DNA from: Candidatus Multivoradales bacterium
Lineage (GTDB): Bacteria > Acidobacteriota > Thermoanaerobaculia > Multivoradales > JAHEKO01
Direction of reading: 5' to 3'
DNA length: 64,000 nt
Assembly: GCA_965248055.1 (NCBI GenBank)
Contig: CBDFIJ010000004.1
Coordinates: 3,040,001 to 3,104,000 of the forward strand
Shown here: piece by piece, positions 1 through 10,417 of the stretch
Layout of the letters: every line of letters starts with the position of its first letter
Numbering within the stretch: the first letter of the stretch is position 1
Position numbers and translations under genes: made by a program
Notes under the pieces: generated by a model
Told to the model about the DNA's origin: nothing
The model's input: the letters and a program-made list of their open reading frames with translations, nothing else
The model's database searches: none

Positions 1-399
1 AAATCCAGTCCTCAGATTCCCATCTTGGGAGTGTGCCTGGGGCACCAGGTGTTGGCGCAAGCGGACGGGGCCTCGGTAGTTTCTGCACCGGAGCCGCGCC
101 ACGGCAAGACCTCGATGATTAAACATCGTGGACAAGGAATCTTTGTCGATCTCGACTCCCCACTGGAAGCAATGAGATATCACAGCCTAGTGGTTGCTCC
201 CGAGACCTTGCCGCCGGTCTGGCAGCCGGTCGCTTGGGCCGACGATGACGTGTTGATGGCGATGTGCCACTCCACCAAGCCCTATTGGGGAGTGCAGTTT
301 CATCCGGAGTCGATCTTGAGCCCGCAGGGGCCACAGCTGCTGGGAAATTTCCTGCGTCTCTACGACAACAATGCCTACCGAGGAGCGAACGCGTCATGA
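1..399 (+). CDS. trpG: Anthranilate/aminodeoxychorismate synthase component II (class I glutamine amidotransferase), 5'-truncated by the window
   Basis: Frame is open from base 1 (KSSPQIPILGVCLGHQ); GVCLGHQ, RYHSL and GVQFHPES motifs. trpG versus pabA cannot be resolved. Confidence 0.85.
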   Translation, partial: KSSPQIPILGVCLGHQVLAQADGASVVSAPEPRHGKTSMIKHRGQGIFVDLDSPLEAMRYHSLVVAPETLPPVWQPVAWADDDVLMAMCHSTKPYWGVQFHPESILSPQGPQLLGNFLRLYDNNAYRGANAS

Positions 400-1076
400 A
401 CCAACCAACGGAGCCTTGGGAGGTCGGGTCGCTGGCGACCCAGATCCACGGGCGTTATTTAGTTCGACGGGCCGTCGACCAGCAAACAGTGCAGGGAGCA
501 GTGCCGTCAGCCGTGAAGGGCACCGTGATCGGCTTTCACGGCTATGGCGAGACTGCGGCGTTGCAGTTCCCGGAGCTATCTCGCGTGCCCGGGATCGATC
601 AGTGGGACCTGATCGCTGTGGACGCCCTGCACCAGTTCTACACCCGTTCGGGTGAAGTGGTTGGCTCTTGGATGACCAGTCGAGATAGAGAGCAGATGAT
701 TGCCGACAACTTGCAGTACGTCACCCAGGTGGTAGCCCAGGCTGTGCGCACCCGTCCACTGGTTGTCGTCGGTTTTTCTCAAGGGGTGGCGATGGCCTAT
801 CGTGCGGCCGCACTTCCCGCAGTGGCCGCCGCTGGAGTGGTCGCTTTGGCGGGAGATCTACCTCCGGAAGTGGCGACGCGGTCGCTGGCTGATTTTCCAC
901 CGGTGCTGATTGCTCGGGGAGATCAGGAAAATTGGTACACCGCTGAGCGCGCGGCAGAAGATGCCGCGACGCTACAAAAGGCCGGTGTCTCGGTATCGAC
1001 CTACGAATTTACTGGCGGACACCAGTGGACCGAGGCCTTTCGCGCCCGTTTGGGCGAATTCCTGGCTTCCTGTTGA
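396..1076 (+). CDS. Alpha/beta hydrolase (phospholipase/carboxylesterase family)
   Basis: FHGYG, GFSQG nucleophile elbow and GGH; ATG at 396 overlaps the upstream stop (ATGA). Confidence 0.8.
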   Translation: MNQPTEPWEVGSLATQIHGRYLVRRAVDQQTVQGAVPSAVKGTVIGFHGYGETAALQFPELSRVPGIDQWDLIAVDALHQFYTRSGEVVGSWMTSRDREQMIADNLQYVTQVVAQAVRTRPLVVVGFSQGVAMAYRAAALPAVAAAGVVALAGDLPPEVATRSLADFPPVLIARGDQENWYTAERAAEDAATLQKAGVSVSTYEFTGGHQWTEAFRARLGEFLASC

Positions 1077-1123
1077 AGGCTGGTTGGCGCCAATTGACGC
1101 CCACCGCCTTCTGACGCGAACGT

Positions 1124-1219
1124 CTACTCCTTACGCAGAATCCGCGTCATGCAGTAGGTGGTCAAGATCACCACCGAGGTCATACTGAAAAGCATAAAGG
1201 CAACGGCGATAGTGGTCAT
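1124..1219 (-). CDS. 31-aa single-TM protein, probable small subunit of the NSS transporter (MetS-like)
   Basis: Translated by hand: MTTIAVAFMLFSMTSVVILTTYCMTRILRKE*; ATGA overlap with the transporter stop and GGAG upstream; absent from the ORF track. Confidence 0.65.
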   Translation of the reverse strand: MTTIAVAFMLFSMTSVVILTTYCMTRILRKE

Positions 1220-2775
1220 GACTGATCTCCTCTTAGGTCGCTTGGGTTACGCTTCCACGCGGACCGTACCATCAAAGCGCCGCCAGCGATGAGCGCCATG
1301 AGCGCCAACCTGGCGATCCAGATGTACGGTATTTTTTCTGGATCCTTGTCACTCATCAACAAGGTTGGGATCGCCATCTCCCAGGTCCAGACGGTAAGCA
1401 ACACCAGCAGAAACACCGGTGTCACATACTTCATGATGAAGCGAAACACGTTGGGAATCTGCAGTTCGGCACCGTGATGCAGCTCAGCCCAGGCCTTGTC
1501 CATACCGAATACCCAGGCGAACAACACGATTTCGATCAGTGCGAAGATCACCAGACCGAAGGTCCCTGCCCAGAAATCCCACTCACTCAATGCGCCATAG
1601 TTGAAATGAAAGGCGAGGTACAAACCAATTAAGAAAGCGGCCCCAGAGATCAAATAGGAGGCCTTTTTTCGGCTGAAGTCGAACTCGCTCTCAAGAAATG
1701 CCACCGCCGGGCTAGCTAACGCGACGCACGAGGTCACTCCGGCTATAAAAAGTAGGAAATACCACAAGAATCCTGCCAGTTGACCCAAGAACTCGCCGCC
1801 AGGAAGACCTTGGAAGACCACTCCCATGGCGACGATACCAAGGTCGTATGCGCCGTTCTTAGCAATGGCAGTGGCTCCAGTGACGCCGAAGAAAACCACC
1901 GCTGCAGGAATCGCGATGGTGCCCCCAAGGATGATTTCGGCGAACTCATTGGTGGATGCGGTTGCCAGTCCGGTAAGCGTTATGTCGTCCTTCTTTTTTA
2001 GGTACGAGGAGTAAACGTGGATACTTCCCATGCCCACCGACAGGGTGAAGAACATCTGCCCGGCGGCTGCAAGCCACACCTTGATGCTGCCGAGTTGGCT
2101 GAAATCAGGGTTCCAGATGAAGTTGAGACCGTCGGCGGGGGAAGCCACCGCCGCGGGCAGCGTGAGGACCCGGATCATCAGCGCGAAGGCAAAGATAAAT
2201 AGGATCGGCATGCCGATCAAGGCTAATCTCTCGATTCCCTTGTTGATCCCACGGCCCAAGATCCACCCAAGAAAAAGAATGGTGATCAAGAAGAACACGA
2301 CGGTGGGCGCTCCGGCGTGGTAGCTGGACTCGGTGATGGTTTGGTAGGACGCTAGGTAGGACCGCATCTCGTCGACATCTTTTAAACCGAAGTAGTCGCC
2401 AGTGAGACTGAAGACGCTGAAGGCCAACATCCAGGAAACTACATAGGTGTAGTAGATAAACACCACCAGTGGCATCACCAACCCCATCACGCCAAGATAC
2501 TTAGCCCAGGGCTTGCCACCCGAAAGCAGGTCAAACATGCGGGGGATGGTTCGATAGCCCTTGCGTCCTCCGTAGCGGCCGATGCCCCATTCGACCCACA
2601 TGATCGGAATACCGAGCAATATGAAAGAAATGAAGTACGGGATCATGAACGTCCCGCCACCGTTTTGCGCTGCTTGTACTGGGAATCGAAGGAAATTCCC
2701 CAACCCGACGGCGTTGCCAGCCATTGCCAGCACCAAGCCGATGCGGGTGCCCCACTGATCAGATCCGTTACTCAA
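1216..2775 (-). CDS. Sodium-dependent transporter, neurotransmitter:sodium symporter (LeuT-like) family
   Basis: AGNAVGLGNFLRFP, GGGTFMIPY and QMFFTLSVGMG motifs; many TM helices. Confidence 0.95.
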   Translation of the reverse strand: MSNGSDQWGTRIGLVLAMAGNAVGLGNFLRFPVQAAQNGGGTFMIPYFISFILLGIPIMWVEWGIGRYGGRKGYRTIPRMFDLLSGGKPWAKYLGVMGLVMPLVVFIYYTYVVSWMLAFSVFSLTGDYFGLKDVDEMRSYLASYQTITESSYHAGAPTVVFFLITILFLGWILGRGINKGIERLALIGMPILFIFAFALMIRVLTLPAAVASPADGLNFIWNPDFSQLGSIKVWLAAAGQMFFTLSVGMGSIHVYSSYLKKKDDITLTGLATASTNEFAEIILGGTIAIPAAVVFFGVTGATAIAKNGAYDLGIVAMGVVFQGLPGGEFLGQLAGFLWYFLLFIAGVTSCVALASPAVAFLESEFDFSRKKASYLISGAAFLIGLYLAFHFNYGALSEWDFWAGTFGLVIFALIEIVLFAWVFGMDKAWAELHHGAELQIPNVFRFIMKYVTPVFLLVLLTVWTWEMAIPTLLMSDKDPEKIPYIWIARLALMALIAGGALMVRSAWKRNPSDLRGDQS

Positions 2776-2889
2776 TTTGGACTCCTCTCAAACACTAGGA
2801 CCAAGATAATAGGTTCCAACCTCGAACCGTCGGTCAGGCTACTGACGGGGTAACCAACTGTCAAATTGTCGAATGTGGGTTGGGTGGTT

Positions 2890-3990
2890 TCACCGAGTGG
2901 CGGACAACAGGGACTCCAAAGACAACACCCCAGTGAGCCGCTCTCCTTCGGTGACAAACAGCGTCCGGGTTCCTTCACGCAGCATCCGACGTACCGCTTC
3001 TTGAGCGTCGCTGCCAGCGTCGATGGTGTTGTGTTCCGACTTGGCAACCACCAAAGAGCCAATCGTCTGCCGAGCCCACTCCTGGCGCGGCAGGCGCCGT
3101 ATGTGTGATCGATCAATCCAGCCCAACAGGCGCTCGCCGTCGACCACCGGAATACGGCCACGACTCTTTAGGCCGCCCGCATCCTCAACAACGCTTTCTA
3201 CCGAAAGCGATCTCGGCAGCGCTGCCTCGGGTTGCTGGGCGTAGTCGCGAACGGCTTTGCCAGCCAGCTCGACCTCGCTGGCGGCATAGATCCACCGTGC
3301 GCTGGCGGCTGAACGCAGTAGCAGTCCAAGAGAGATCGCGAACAAGCCCACGGTCCATCCGCCCAGCAACATCAGCGTGATACCTGCGACCACCGAACTG
3401 GATCCCAGCAGCCGACCACTGCGATGCTCCGCGCGATATGCCGCAGAGGGGTTGCCGGTTCGCGCCCACACCGCGGCGTGCAGCATCCGCCCTCCGTCCA
3501 GCGGCTGAGCGGGCACCAAGTTGGTGAGTCCTAGGAACAGACTGACGGTCGCGGTGATATCGATCGCCACTTGGAGCGGGGCAGACGCCAGCCCGACCAA
3601 CAAGTAGGCGGTGACACAAAGTGCCAAATTGGCTATCGGGCCCGCCAGTGCAACCGTAAACATCGCCTCAGGGTGGGGCAGTGGCTGGTTGGTCTCGGGG
3701 ACCCCACCGAACAGGGTCAAGGTGATCCGTCGTGTGTCAACCCCATACGATTTGGCGACCACAAAATGAGCCAACTCGTGAATTAGAAAACACAGCAGCA
3801 AGCCGCCCAATGTCACGGCGGTTGTCGCCGCCAACAGCAGCGGTCCAACGCCCGGGATCCGGGCCGGCAAAATCGAAGTGGCTAACAGTACCCCGGAAAG
3901 GACGATCAGCAGAACCCATCCAGGTTCCCAGCGAATGCGTGGGATGCCCGCCAAGGCGTCGGTTTCCCATTTCACGGGTGGTTGCTTCAT
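2890..3990 (-). CDS. Site-2 protease (M50) with C-terminal CBS domains
   Basis: HELAH, LFGG, AGP and NLVPAQPLDGGR motifs; CBS-like C-terminus. Confidence 0.9.
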   Translation of the reverse strand: MKQPPVKWETDALAGIPRIRWEPGWVLLIVLSGVLLATSILPARIPGVGPLLLAATTAVTLGGLLLCFLIHELAHFVVAKSYGVDTRRITLTLFGGVPETNQPLPHPEAMFTVALAGPIANLALCVTAYLLVGLASAPLQVAIDITATVSLFLGLTNLVPAQPLDGGRMLHAAVWARTGNPSAAYRAEHRSGRLLGSSSVVAGITLMLLGGWTVGLFAISLGLLLRSAASARWIYAASEVELAGKAVRDYAQQPEAALPRSLSVESVVEDAGGLKSRGRIPVVDGERLLGWIDRSHIRRLPRQEWARQTIGSLVVAKSEHNTIDAGSDAQEAVRRMLREGTRTLFVTEGERLTGVLSLESLLSATR

Positions 3991-4035
3991 CGATTTGGCA
4001 ATACCGACCTGGTTTGCAGGCTGGGCTGGTTGCCC

Positions 4036-4242
4036 CTAGTTGTCCGGCATTACGACCCAAAGGATCAGATAGACCAGCAGGCCAGGGAAGGCTGCGGAAA
4101 GGATAGAGCCAACGACATACAGAATGCGCACTATCGTAGGGTTCCAGCCCAAGAAGTCTGCGACACCTCCGCACACGCCACCGATCATACGGTGGCTTTT
4201 GGACCTAGTGAAACGTCGGTAAACAGTTGACTGTCCGCTCAT
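4036..4242 (-). CDS. pspC: PspC domain protein
   Basis: RS...IGGVCGGVADFLG.NPTIVR...YLILWVVMP. Confidence 0.9.
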   Translation of the reverse strand: MSGQSTVYRRFTRSKSHRMIGGVCGGVADFLGWNPTIVRILYVVGSILSAAFPGLLVYLILWVVMPDN

Positions 4243-4291
4243 GATGACTCCTCAGATAATACGCGATGAACCCATCGCTACGATCCTTACG

Positions 4292-4525
4292 TTACGAATT
4301 GGATCGATGTTGCAGTGGAAACAAATCCAAATGCGTCCACTGCCGACACCACGGTTCAATCTCATGCGCCGAACGCGTCGACGCGCCTTGAGAGAACGCG
4401 TCCAGCTCGTCGGCTCCGGCGCCAGCCTTGCGCAGAGCTTCACGCACCGCACCAATCAACGCCAAAGGATGATGGCTGTGCAGACGTACACGTGCCTGCG
4501 GATAACGTGGCTGATCGGTGGTCAT
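4292..4525 (-). CDS. Small hypothetical protein
   Basis: Protein-like 77-aa ORF (PRYP..V.L...LALIGAVREALRKAG...E.DAF...C.QW), co-directional with pspC. Confidence 0.5.
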   Translation of the reverse strand: MTTDQPRYPQARVRLHSHHPLALIGAVREALRKAGAGADELDAFSQGASTRSAHEIEPWCRQWTHLDLFPLQHRSNS

Positions 4526-4752
4526 CTCTGCTCAGGTCGATGCAAGATCAACGCCTTATTGTTAAGACGGTTGAAGAGTCGTTTCGGTTTCAATCCTGGG
4601 CCGAGAATGCAGAGAGTTTGCTCAGAGTTTCTGCGTGGGTTGAGCCAACTCCTTCGACCGGCGATTGGAAAGCACCTTCGCCAGAGATAACCTAGTGAGG
4701 TCGAGACCGGTTCCCGGCTACAGGCGTCAGAAGCCATGGTCAAGATCGACCT

Positions 4753-5640
4753 TTGACTGCGACCTTAGACAGAGACGATTCATCGAGGAGAAACCAGGTG
4801 TCCAGCGACAGAAGCCCGCTCCAAGCAAGTCCATCCAAGAGCCGTCCGTTCACAGGCCAATGCGCCTTGGTAACCGGGGCTGCGCGCGGCATCGGTGAAG
4901 CCTTAGCCAGCGAGTTGGCCCAACAAGGAGCACGGGTTGCCGTCACCGATCTCGATGTTGCAGAAGCCGCGCGGGTTGCCGCTCGACTCCCAGGGCATGG
5001 ACACATTGCCTACCGGTTGGATGTCACCAACACCGAGCGCATCGAGCAAGTGCGCGCCGAAATTCATCGTGACCTCGGACCGGTCCAAGTTCTGGTCAAC
5101 AATGCCGGGGTGGTGTTTGGCGGGGCGTTCTTGGAGGTGCCATTGGAGCGTCACCGACTGACCTTGCGCGTCAACACCGAAGCAGTGGTGGCGATGACCC
5201 ATGCTTTTTTACCCGATTTGATTGCCTCCGAGCGCGGGCGAATTCTGCAGGTCGCTAGCGCTTCCGGGTTCTTGGGGCTGCCCTTTGGATCCACCTACGC
5301 TGCCAGCAAATGGGCGGTGGTTGGGTTCTCCGAATCGTTGCGCATGGAACTCACGCGTCTCGGTCACTCCCACGTCACGGTCACTGCACTGTGTCCCAGC
5401 TACATCCGCACCGGCCTCTTTGAGGGGGTCAAGCCACCCCGGTTTACCCGTTGGCTGACGCCACAAGCGGTGGCCGCCAAAGCGGTTGATGCCACCGCTC
5501 GTGGACGCCGGCGGGTGCTGATGCCTTGGCTCGCTAAGACCGCTCCATCGATGGTTGGAGCCCCGGCGCCGATCGCCGACGCGATCAGTTCGGTGTTGGG
5601 GGCTGCGGACAGTATGAAGACCTGGCGCGGTCGTCACTAG
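4753..5640 (+). CDS. Short-chain dehydrogenase/reductase
   Basis: TGAARGIG, NNAG and YAASK; start uncertain. Confidence 0.9.
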   Translation: MTATLDRDDSSRRNQVSSDRSPLQASPSKSRPFTGQCALVTGAARGIGEALASELAQQGARVAVTDLDVAEAARVAARLPGHGHIAYRLDVTNTERIEQVRAEIHRDLGPVQVLVNNAGVVFGGAFLEVPLERHRLTLRVNTEAVVAMTHAFLPDLIASERGRILQVASASGFLGLPFGSTYAASKWAVVGFSESLRMELTRLGHSHVTVTALCPSYIRTGLFEGVKPPRFTRWLTPQAVAAKAVDATARGRRRVLMPWLAKTAPSMVGAPAPIADAISSVLGAADSMKTWRGRH

Positions 5641-5826
5641 GTCTCTCGACCACTGCTTCTCGACCACTTCTGCCAATATCTCTTCAAGTTTATTGTCACT
5701 GGTGGTATTGTCACCAAGAACAATTCGAGGTGGAGGAAAGGGAGGGTTCGGCTCGAAGGGCCTGAGACGTTGTTAGTAGACGTTGGTTGACCCGAGGAGC
5801 CTTTCACCGCGATAAGGAGACCTTCG

Positions 5827-6501
5827 ATGACCCTCAGAATTAACGACTTGGCCCCCGACTTCACGGCCGATACCACCGCTGGGACCGTTCACTTTCATGA
5901 TTGGATCGGGGACGGTTGGGCGATCTTGTTTTCCCATCCCAAAGATTTCACCCCAGTGTGCACCACCGAGCTAGGGACCCTGGCGGGTATGAGCGACGAA
6001 TTCGCCAGCCGCAACTGCAAGCTCATCGGCCTCAGCATTGACGGGATTAGCGATCACCAAAGGTGGTCCAAGGACATCGAAGAGCTGCACGGCAGTCCGG
6101 TCAATTACCCGCTGATTGGCGATCCAGACCTGACCATTGCCAAGCACTATGGCATGCTGCCGGCCCAAGAAGAGGGAGAAGCCGAGAGTCGCACTGCGGT
6201 CGACAACCAAACGGTTCGTACTTTGTTCTTGATCGGCCCGGACAAGAAAATAAAACTCAACTTGACCTATCCGATGAGCACCGGTCGCAACTTCGACGAA
6301 GTACTGCGGGTTATCGACTCGTGCCAACGCACTGCCAACCAACAGGTGGCGACCCCGGCCAACTGGCAGCCCGGAGACGATGTGGTGATTCTCCCTTCGG
6401 TCTCCGATGAGCAAGCCCGGGAGCGTTACCCTGGCGGCTGGAAACAGCCCAAGCCGTATCTGCGGTTGGTCCCTGACTCGGGCCCCGGTTGCGACTCCTG
6501 A
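5827..6501 (+). CDS. 1-Cys peroxiredoxin (Prx6 subfamily)
   Basis: FSHPKDFTPVCTTE, YPMSTGRNFDE and TPANW; AGGAG RBS. Confidence 0.95.
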   Translation: MTLRINDLAPDFTADTTAGTVHFHDWIGDGWAILFSHPKDFTPVCTTELGTLAGMSDEFASRNCKLIGLSIDGISDHQRWSKDIEELHGSPVNYPLIGDPDLTIAKHYGMLPAQEEGEAESRTAVDNQTVRTLFLIGPDKKIKLNLTYPMSTGRNFDEVLRVIDSCQRTANQQVATPANWQPGDDVVILPSVSDEQARERYPGGWKQPKPYLRLVPDSGPGCDS

Positions 6502-6691
6502 ATCCGACTCCTGCAATCCAACGCTGAAGTCCGATCCAGTCGGTCACAAGACCTGCAGGAGACAGCCAAATCCTGGCTAGATTGCCGCCTCGTTTGAAAT
6601 CACACGTGAAACACCGATTTGGTATCTTGGGGCCCCGCAAGCCCGGTCACTCCGGGCGGAACCTTTAGTTAGAGGAGTCGTATTCAACATC

Positions 6692-8902
6692 ATGAGCAAA
6701 TTCAATTCGCTACAACTTGTTACCGTTGCGGCTGCGCTTGCGGTATCCGCCGGGTGCGCTACCCACCAGGCTGCGCAATCATCCGAAACTACTAACAACG
6801 CAGAAATGGCAACCATGGAAACTGAAACCGCCGAAGCAGAAGCTGAAATGTCGACCGATACCGGACCGTTGCTGACCGAGTGGAATACTCCGTTCGGTGT
6901 ACCTCCGTTTGATGAAATTAAGAACGAACACTACCTGCCAGCGTTTCGCCAAACCATGGAAGAACAGCAGCAAGAGATCACTGAGATCGTGGCCAAGCCG
7001 GAACCAGCGACCTTTGCCAACACCATTGAAGCACTGGAACGCACTGGCAAGGGGCTGACCAAGGTCGCCAACGTCTTCTACTCGCTCAACTCCGCACACA
7101 CCAACGACGTCATCAAAGAGGTGGCCTCGACGATTGCTCCGGAACTCTCCGCCCACGGCGACGACATTGCCTTCAACAAGCCGCTCTTTGAGCGAGTCAA
7201 GGCGGTCTACGACCAGCGTGAAGATCTTGGGCTGAGTGTTGAGCAGCTACGGCTGTTGGAAGAAACCCACAAGGGGTTCGTGCGCTCCGGCGTCGGCCTG
7301 GATGATGCCGCACAGGCAGAAATGCGCCGCATCAATGGTCAGTTGGCGGAGCTGTCGCAGGAGTTCCAGAATAATCTGCTGGCTGAGACCAACGATTTCT
7401 TCATTCATACGACCGACTCTGCTGCTCTCGGTGACCTGCCCACCAGCTTGGTTGCTCTGGCTGCCGATGAGGCAAAGAAACGCGAGTTCGAGGATGGCTG
7501 GGTGTTCACCATCCAGCGTCCCAGCATCAATCCGTTCCTGCAGTACTCACCCGACCGCGAACTGCGCAAGCAACTGTTCATGGCCTATGCGCTACGCGGC
7601 GACAACGGCAACGACAATGACAACAACCAGGTGCTGGCCACGATGGCCTCACTGCGGGCAGAAAAGGCTGGCATTCTCGGTTACGACAGCCATTCACACT
7701 TCGTGCTCTCGGATGCTATGGCGGAGACCCCGGATCGGGTCTATCAATTGCTCGATCAAGTCTGGGATCCGGCCATCAACGTGGCCAAGAAAGATCGCGG
7801 CGACCTGGAAGCGATGATGCATGCCGACGGCATCGAAGGCGAGTTGCAAGGATGGGACTGGCGCCACTACCAGGAGAAAGTGCGCAAGGCCCGCTACGAT
7901 CTCGACGAAGAGATTCTGCGGCCTTACTTTGAAGTCAACGCGGTGCGCGATGGTGTCTTCACCGTCGCCAACCGTCTCTATGGCCTGACCTTTCACCAGT
8001 TGGACGGCGTCCCGGTGTGGCAGCAGGACCAACAGGTGTTCGAGGTCAAAGAAGCCGACGGAAGTCACGTCGGCATCCTCTACATGGATTTCTTCACCCG
8101 TGACTCCAAACGCGGCGGTGCCTGGATGAACGATCTGCGCGCCCAGTCCAAGCTGGACGGCGACATCAAGCCGATCGTCACCAATAACTTCAACTTCCCA
8201 CCACCAACCGCCGACGGTCCATCACTGCTCTCGTTCACCAACGCCCAGACCTTGTTCCATGAGATGGGCCATGCGTTGCACGGTCTGCTCTCGGACGTCA
8301 CCTATGAATCTCTGTCCGGCACCAACGTGCCGCGCGACTTCGTCGAGTTTCCATCCCAGGTAATGGAGAACTGGATGGCGCATCCTGAGGTGCTCAAGCT
8401 CTACGCCAAGCACTACCAGACCGGTGAAGTGATCCCCGATGAACTGATCGCCAAGATTACCGCCGCTGACAAATTCGGCCAAGGTTTCGCCACCGTCGAA
8501 TACGTCGCCGCGTCCTATCTCGATATGGCTTGGCATACCCTCACCGAGCCTCAGGAATTAGTTCCGGATGAGATCGAAGAGGCGGAAATGGCCCGCATCG
8601 GCTTGATCGACCAGATCATCCCGCGCTACCGCAACACCTACTTTGCCCACATCTTCGCCGGCGGCTACTCCTCCGGTTACTACAGCTACCTGTGGTCCGA
8701 AGTCCTCGACGCTGACGCCTTTGAAGCCTTCAAAGAGACCGACGTATTCAACGCCGAGGTCGCTGCCCGCTACCGCCGCATGCTCTCCAAAGGCGGCTCC
8801 GAGCCGGGTATGGATCTCTACCGTGAATTCCGCGGTCGCGATCCGATTATTGATCCACTGCTAGAGCGGAGAGGGTTGGTGCAGGGCGAAGCTACAGAGT
8901 AG
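6692..8902 (+). CDS. dcp: M3 family peptidyl-dipeptidase (Dcp-like), lipoprotein signal
   Basis: HEMGH, RDFVEFPSQ and GYSSGYYSYLW; SAGC lipobox. Confidence 0.9.
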   Translation: MSKFNSLQLVTVAAALAVSAGCATHQAAQSSETTNNAEMATMETETAEAEAEMSTDTGPLLTEWNTPFGVPPFDEIKNEHYLPAFRQTMEEQQQEITEIVAKPEPATFANTIEALERTGKGLTKVANVFYSLNSAHTNDVIKEVASTIAPELSAHGDDIAFNKPLFERVKAVYDQREDLGLSVEQLRLLEETHKGFVRSGVGLDDAAQAEMRRINGQLAELSQEFQNNLLAETNDFFIHTTDSAALGDLPTSLVALAADEAKKREFEDGWVFTIQRPSINPFLQYSPDRELRKQLFMAYALRGDNGNDNDNNQVLATMASLRAEKAGILGYDSHSHFVLSDAMAETPDRVYQLLDQVWDPAINVAKKDRGDLEAMMHADGIEGELQGWDWRHYQEKVRKARYDLDEEILRPYFEVNAVRDGVFTVANRLYGLTFHQLDGVPVWQQDQQVFEVKEADGSHVGILYMDFFTRDSKRGGAWMNDLRAQSKLDGDIKPIVTNNFNFPPPTADGPSLLSFTNAQTLFHEMGHALHGLLSDVTYESLSGTNVPRDFVEFPSQVMENWMAHPEVLKLYAKHYQTGEVIPDELIAKITAADKFGQGFATVEYVAASYLDMAWHTLTEPQELVPDEIEEAEMARIGLIDQIIPRYRNTYFAHIFAGGYSSGYYSYLWSEVLDADAFEAFKETDVFNAEVAARYRRMLSKGGSEPGMDLYREFRGRDPIIDPLLERRGLVQGEATE

Positions 8903-8926
8903 ACGCGTCTATTCCAGCGCGCTTAG

Positions 8927-8954
8927 AAAGGGAGGGGTTATCCCCTCCCTTTTT
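8927..8954 (+). terminator. Rho-independent terminator
   Basis: AAAGGGAGGGG-ttat-CCCCTCCCTTTTT after dcp. Confidence 0.7.
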
Positions 8955-9256
8955 CGCGCCCACCACACTTTTTTGTACCGAATTCTTTTGCACTTGCTGC
9001 CCTGGAGGCCGGCGCATGCTTTTCGGACTCCAAAGAATGGCATGCGCCTCGGCTTCGCATCGCGCTGGATCATTAGACGGCCTCGCCACATCGTGCCATG
9101 CGCTTGCGAAAGCCTGTCCTGAGCGACCGCTGGGAGTCGAAGGAACGCCTCCCGGGCTGGCAGGTACGGAGTTCCCCCCTCCCAAGAGGACAGAACACAC
9201 GGAGGGAGTCTGCTTCGGCGGGGACAGTTCAAACACCTCGTCATCCCAACGCCAGC

Positions 9257-9329
9257 GAGCCTGCCCCGGCGGGGCGTGGGTGGGAGCCGGGGTCATCCCG
9301 GCGGTGGAAGGGCGAGGGGCCAGGATCTC
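9257..9329 (-). repeat. Inverted copy of the REP/MITE unit that flanks the GIY-YIG gene
   Basis: Its reverse complement matches ~56446-56520 (GATCC.GGCCCC...CCGCCGGGATGACCCCGGCTCCC.ACC...CCGCCGGGGCAGGCTC); a related copy lies at ~12836-12910. Confidence 0.75.
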
Positions 9330-9482
9330 GTTTGCTGTTGTCACCCTCGCGGCGATTCGCCAGCAAGCTAGTCGTAAACTAAATATTCCGCTGTCTTAGT
9401 CTTGCGGTGGTACCCGACTTGCACCAAGTAACCCCATGCACAATGGCTGGCCCTAGGGTCAGTTACCAAAAAGGGGGCTGTA

Positions 9483-10283
9483 ATGAAGAAAACGCGTACG
9501 TTGATTGCCACTGGATTACTAGGGATTTGTTTCGCGTTACCGTTGGCGGCACAGCAGGCTAGTGAGGAAAGCAAGGTCGAGGAAAACTTGGTCACCCGCC
9601 AGTTTCGGCTGGAGTATATCGGTGCCGAAATGGCGGCGAACGTGCTTCGTGGCATCTTTGCGATGAGAAACATGGCCCCGATTGGTGAGAGCACCGTCGT
9701 CGTATCCGATCAGCTTGTGCGCATTGAACGGGCGGCTGAGGTTCTCGCTATGTTAGACCGTTCTCCGGGTGCATACGCAGCCGAGGTATTGCTTTACCAA
9801 GTTCCCTGGAATCTTGGCGCGGCAGAATTAACTCTTTCAGAGTACCTAGCTGAGCTAGGAAATGGTGGTGTATTGAAAGATAGGCAGACGTTGACCGCGT
9901 TCGGTGGCGAGAATATGTTCTGGGATTCGGGTCACGGCGGTTCGGCGCCTTGTTCTCAAGTCAAGGTCGAGCTCGCGGTTCAATCTTCCGATCCGGAACA
10001 GCTTTCGTTGGGCTACTCGATCCGGGGTGCGAGTGGCTCCAAATTACAGGGATCCACACCTATCGTTTCTGAACAGCAATTGGTTCTCAATGCGGGAGCT
10101 CTTACAGCTTTCTCCGATCAGGCGCGCAAGCTGCAAACAGATGAGGGTTCGCGCAAATCAGGGGATACGGTCGCGAAGAAGGAGAGCCAGGAAGCGCACT
10201 GTTTGGTCGCCGTGACCCTCAGCGTGCTCCAGGATCCCGATCCTGTCGACGAATCCGCTATTGAGCTCAACTGGTCGCGTTGA
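9483..10283 (+). CDS. Exported protein with a secretin N-terminal (KH-like) domain
   Basis: Signal peptide; TRQFRLEYIGA...VVVSD...IERAAEVLAMLD resembles Secretin_N; no secretin core. Confidence 0.55.
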   Translation: MKKTRTLIATGLLGICFALPLAAQQASEESKVEENLVTRQFRLEYIGAEMAANVLRGIFAMRNMAPIGESTVVVSDQLVRIERAAEVLAMLDRSPGAYAAEVLLYQVPWNLGAAELTLSEYLAELGNGGVLKDRQTLTAFGGENMFWDSGHGGSAPCSQVKVELAVQSSDPEQLSLGYSIRGASGSKLQGSTPIVSEQQLVLNAGALTAFSDQARKLQTDEGSRKSGDTVAKKESQEAHCLVAVTLSVLQDPDPVDESAIELNWSR

Positions 10284-10417
10284 AGGCAGGGCGGTTCTCC
10301 AGCCGTTCGACGATGTTGCGAGAAACACTGCATCGTTGACGAAGGCGCGTTAGGTCAATGTTTCGACAGGTGCGAACGATTTTTTCGGTGTTAGACGTGC
10401 AACAAACTTGTGATCGT

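Noticed and set aside
4522-4743. 73-aa ORF upstream of the small hypothetical gene
   Set aside because: No motif or RBS support; probably the divergent promoter region, although the ATGA overlap leaves some doubt.
8892-9399. Several overlapping ORFs after dcp
   Set aside because: Region consists of a terminator and REP remnants; translations lack protein-like features.
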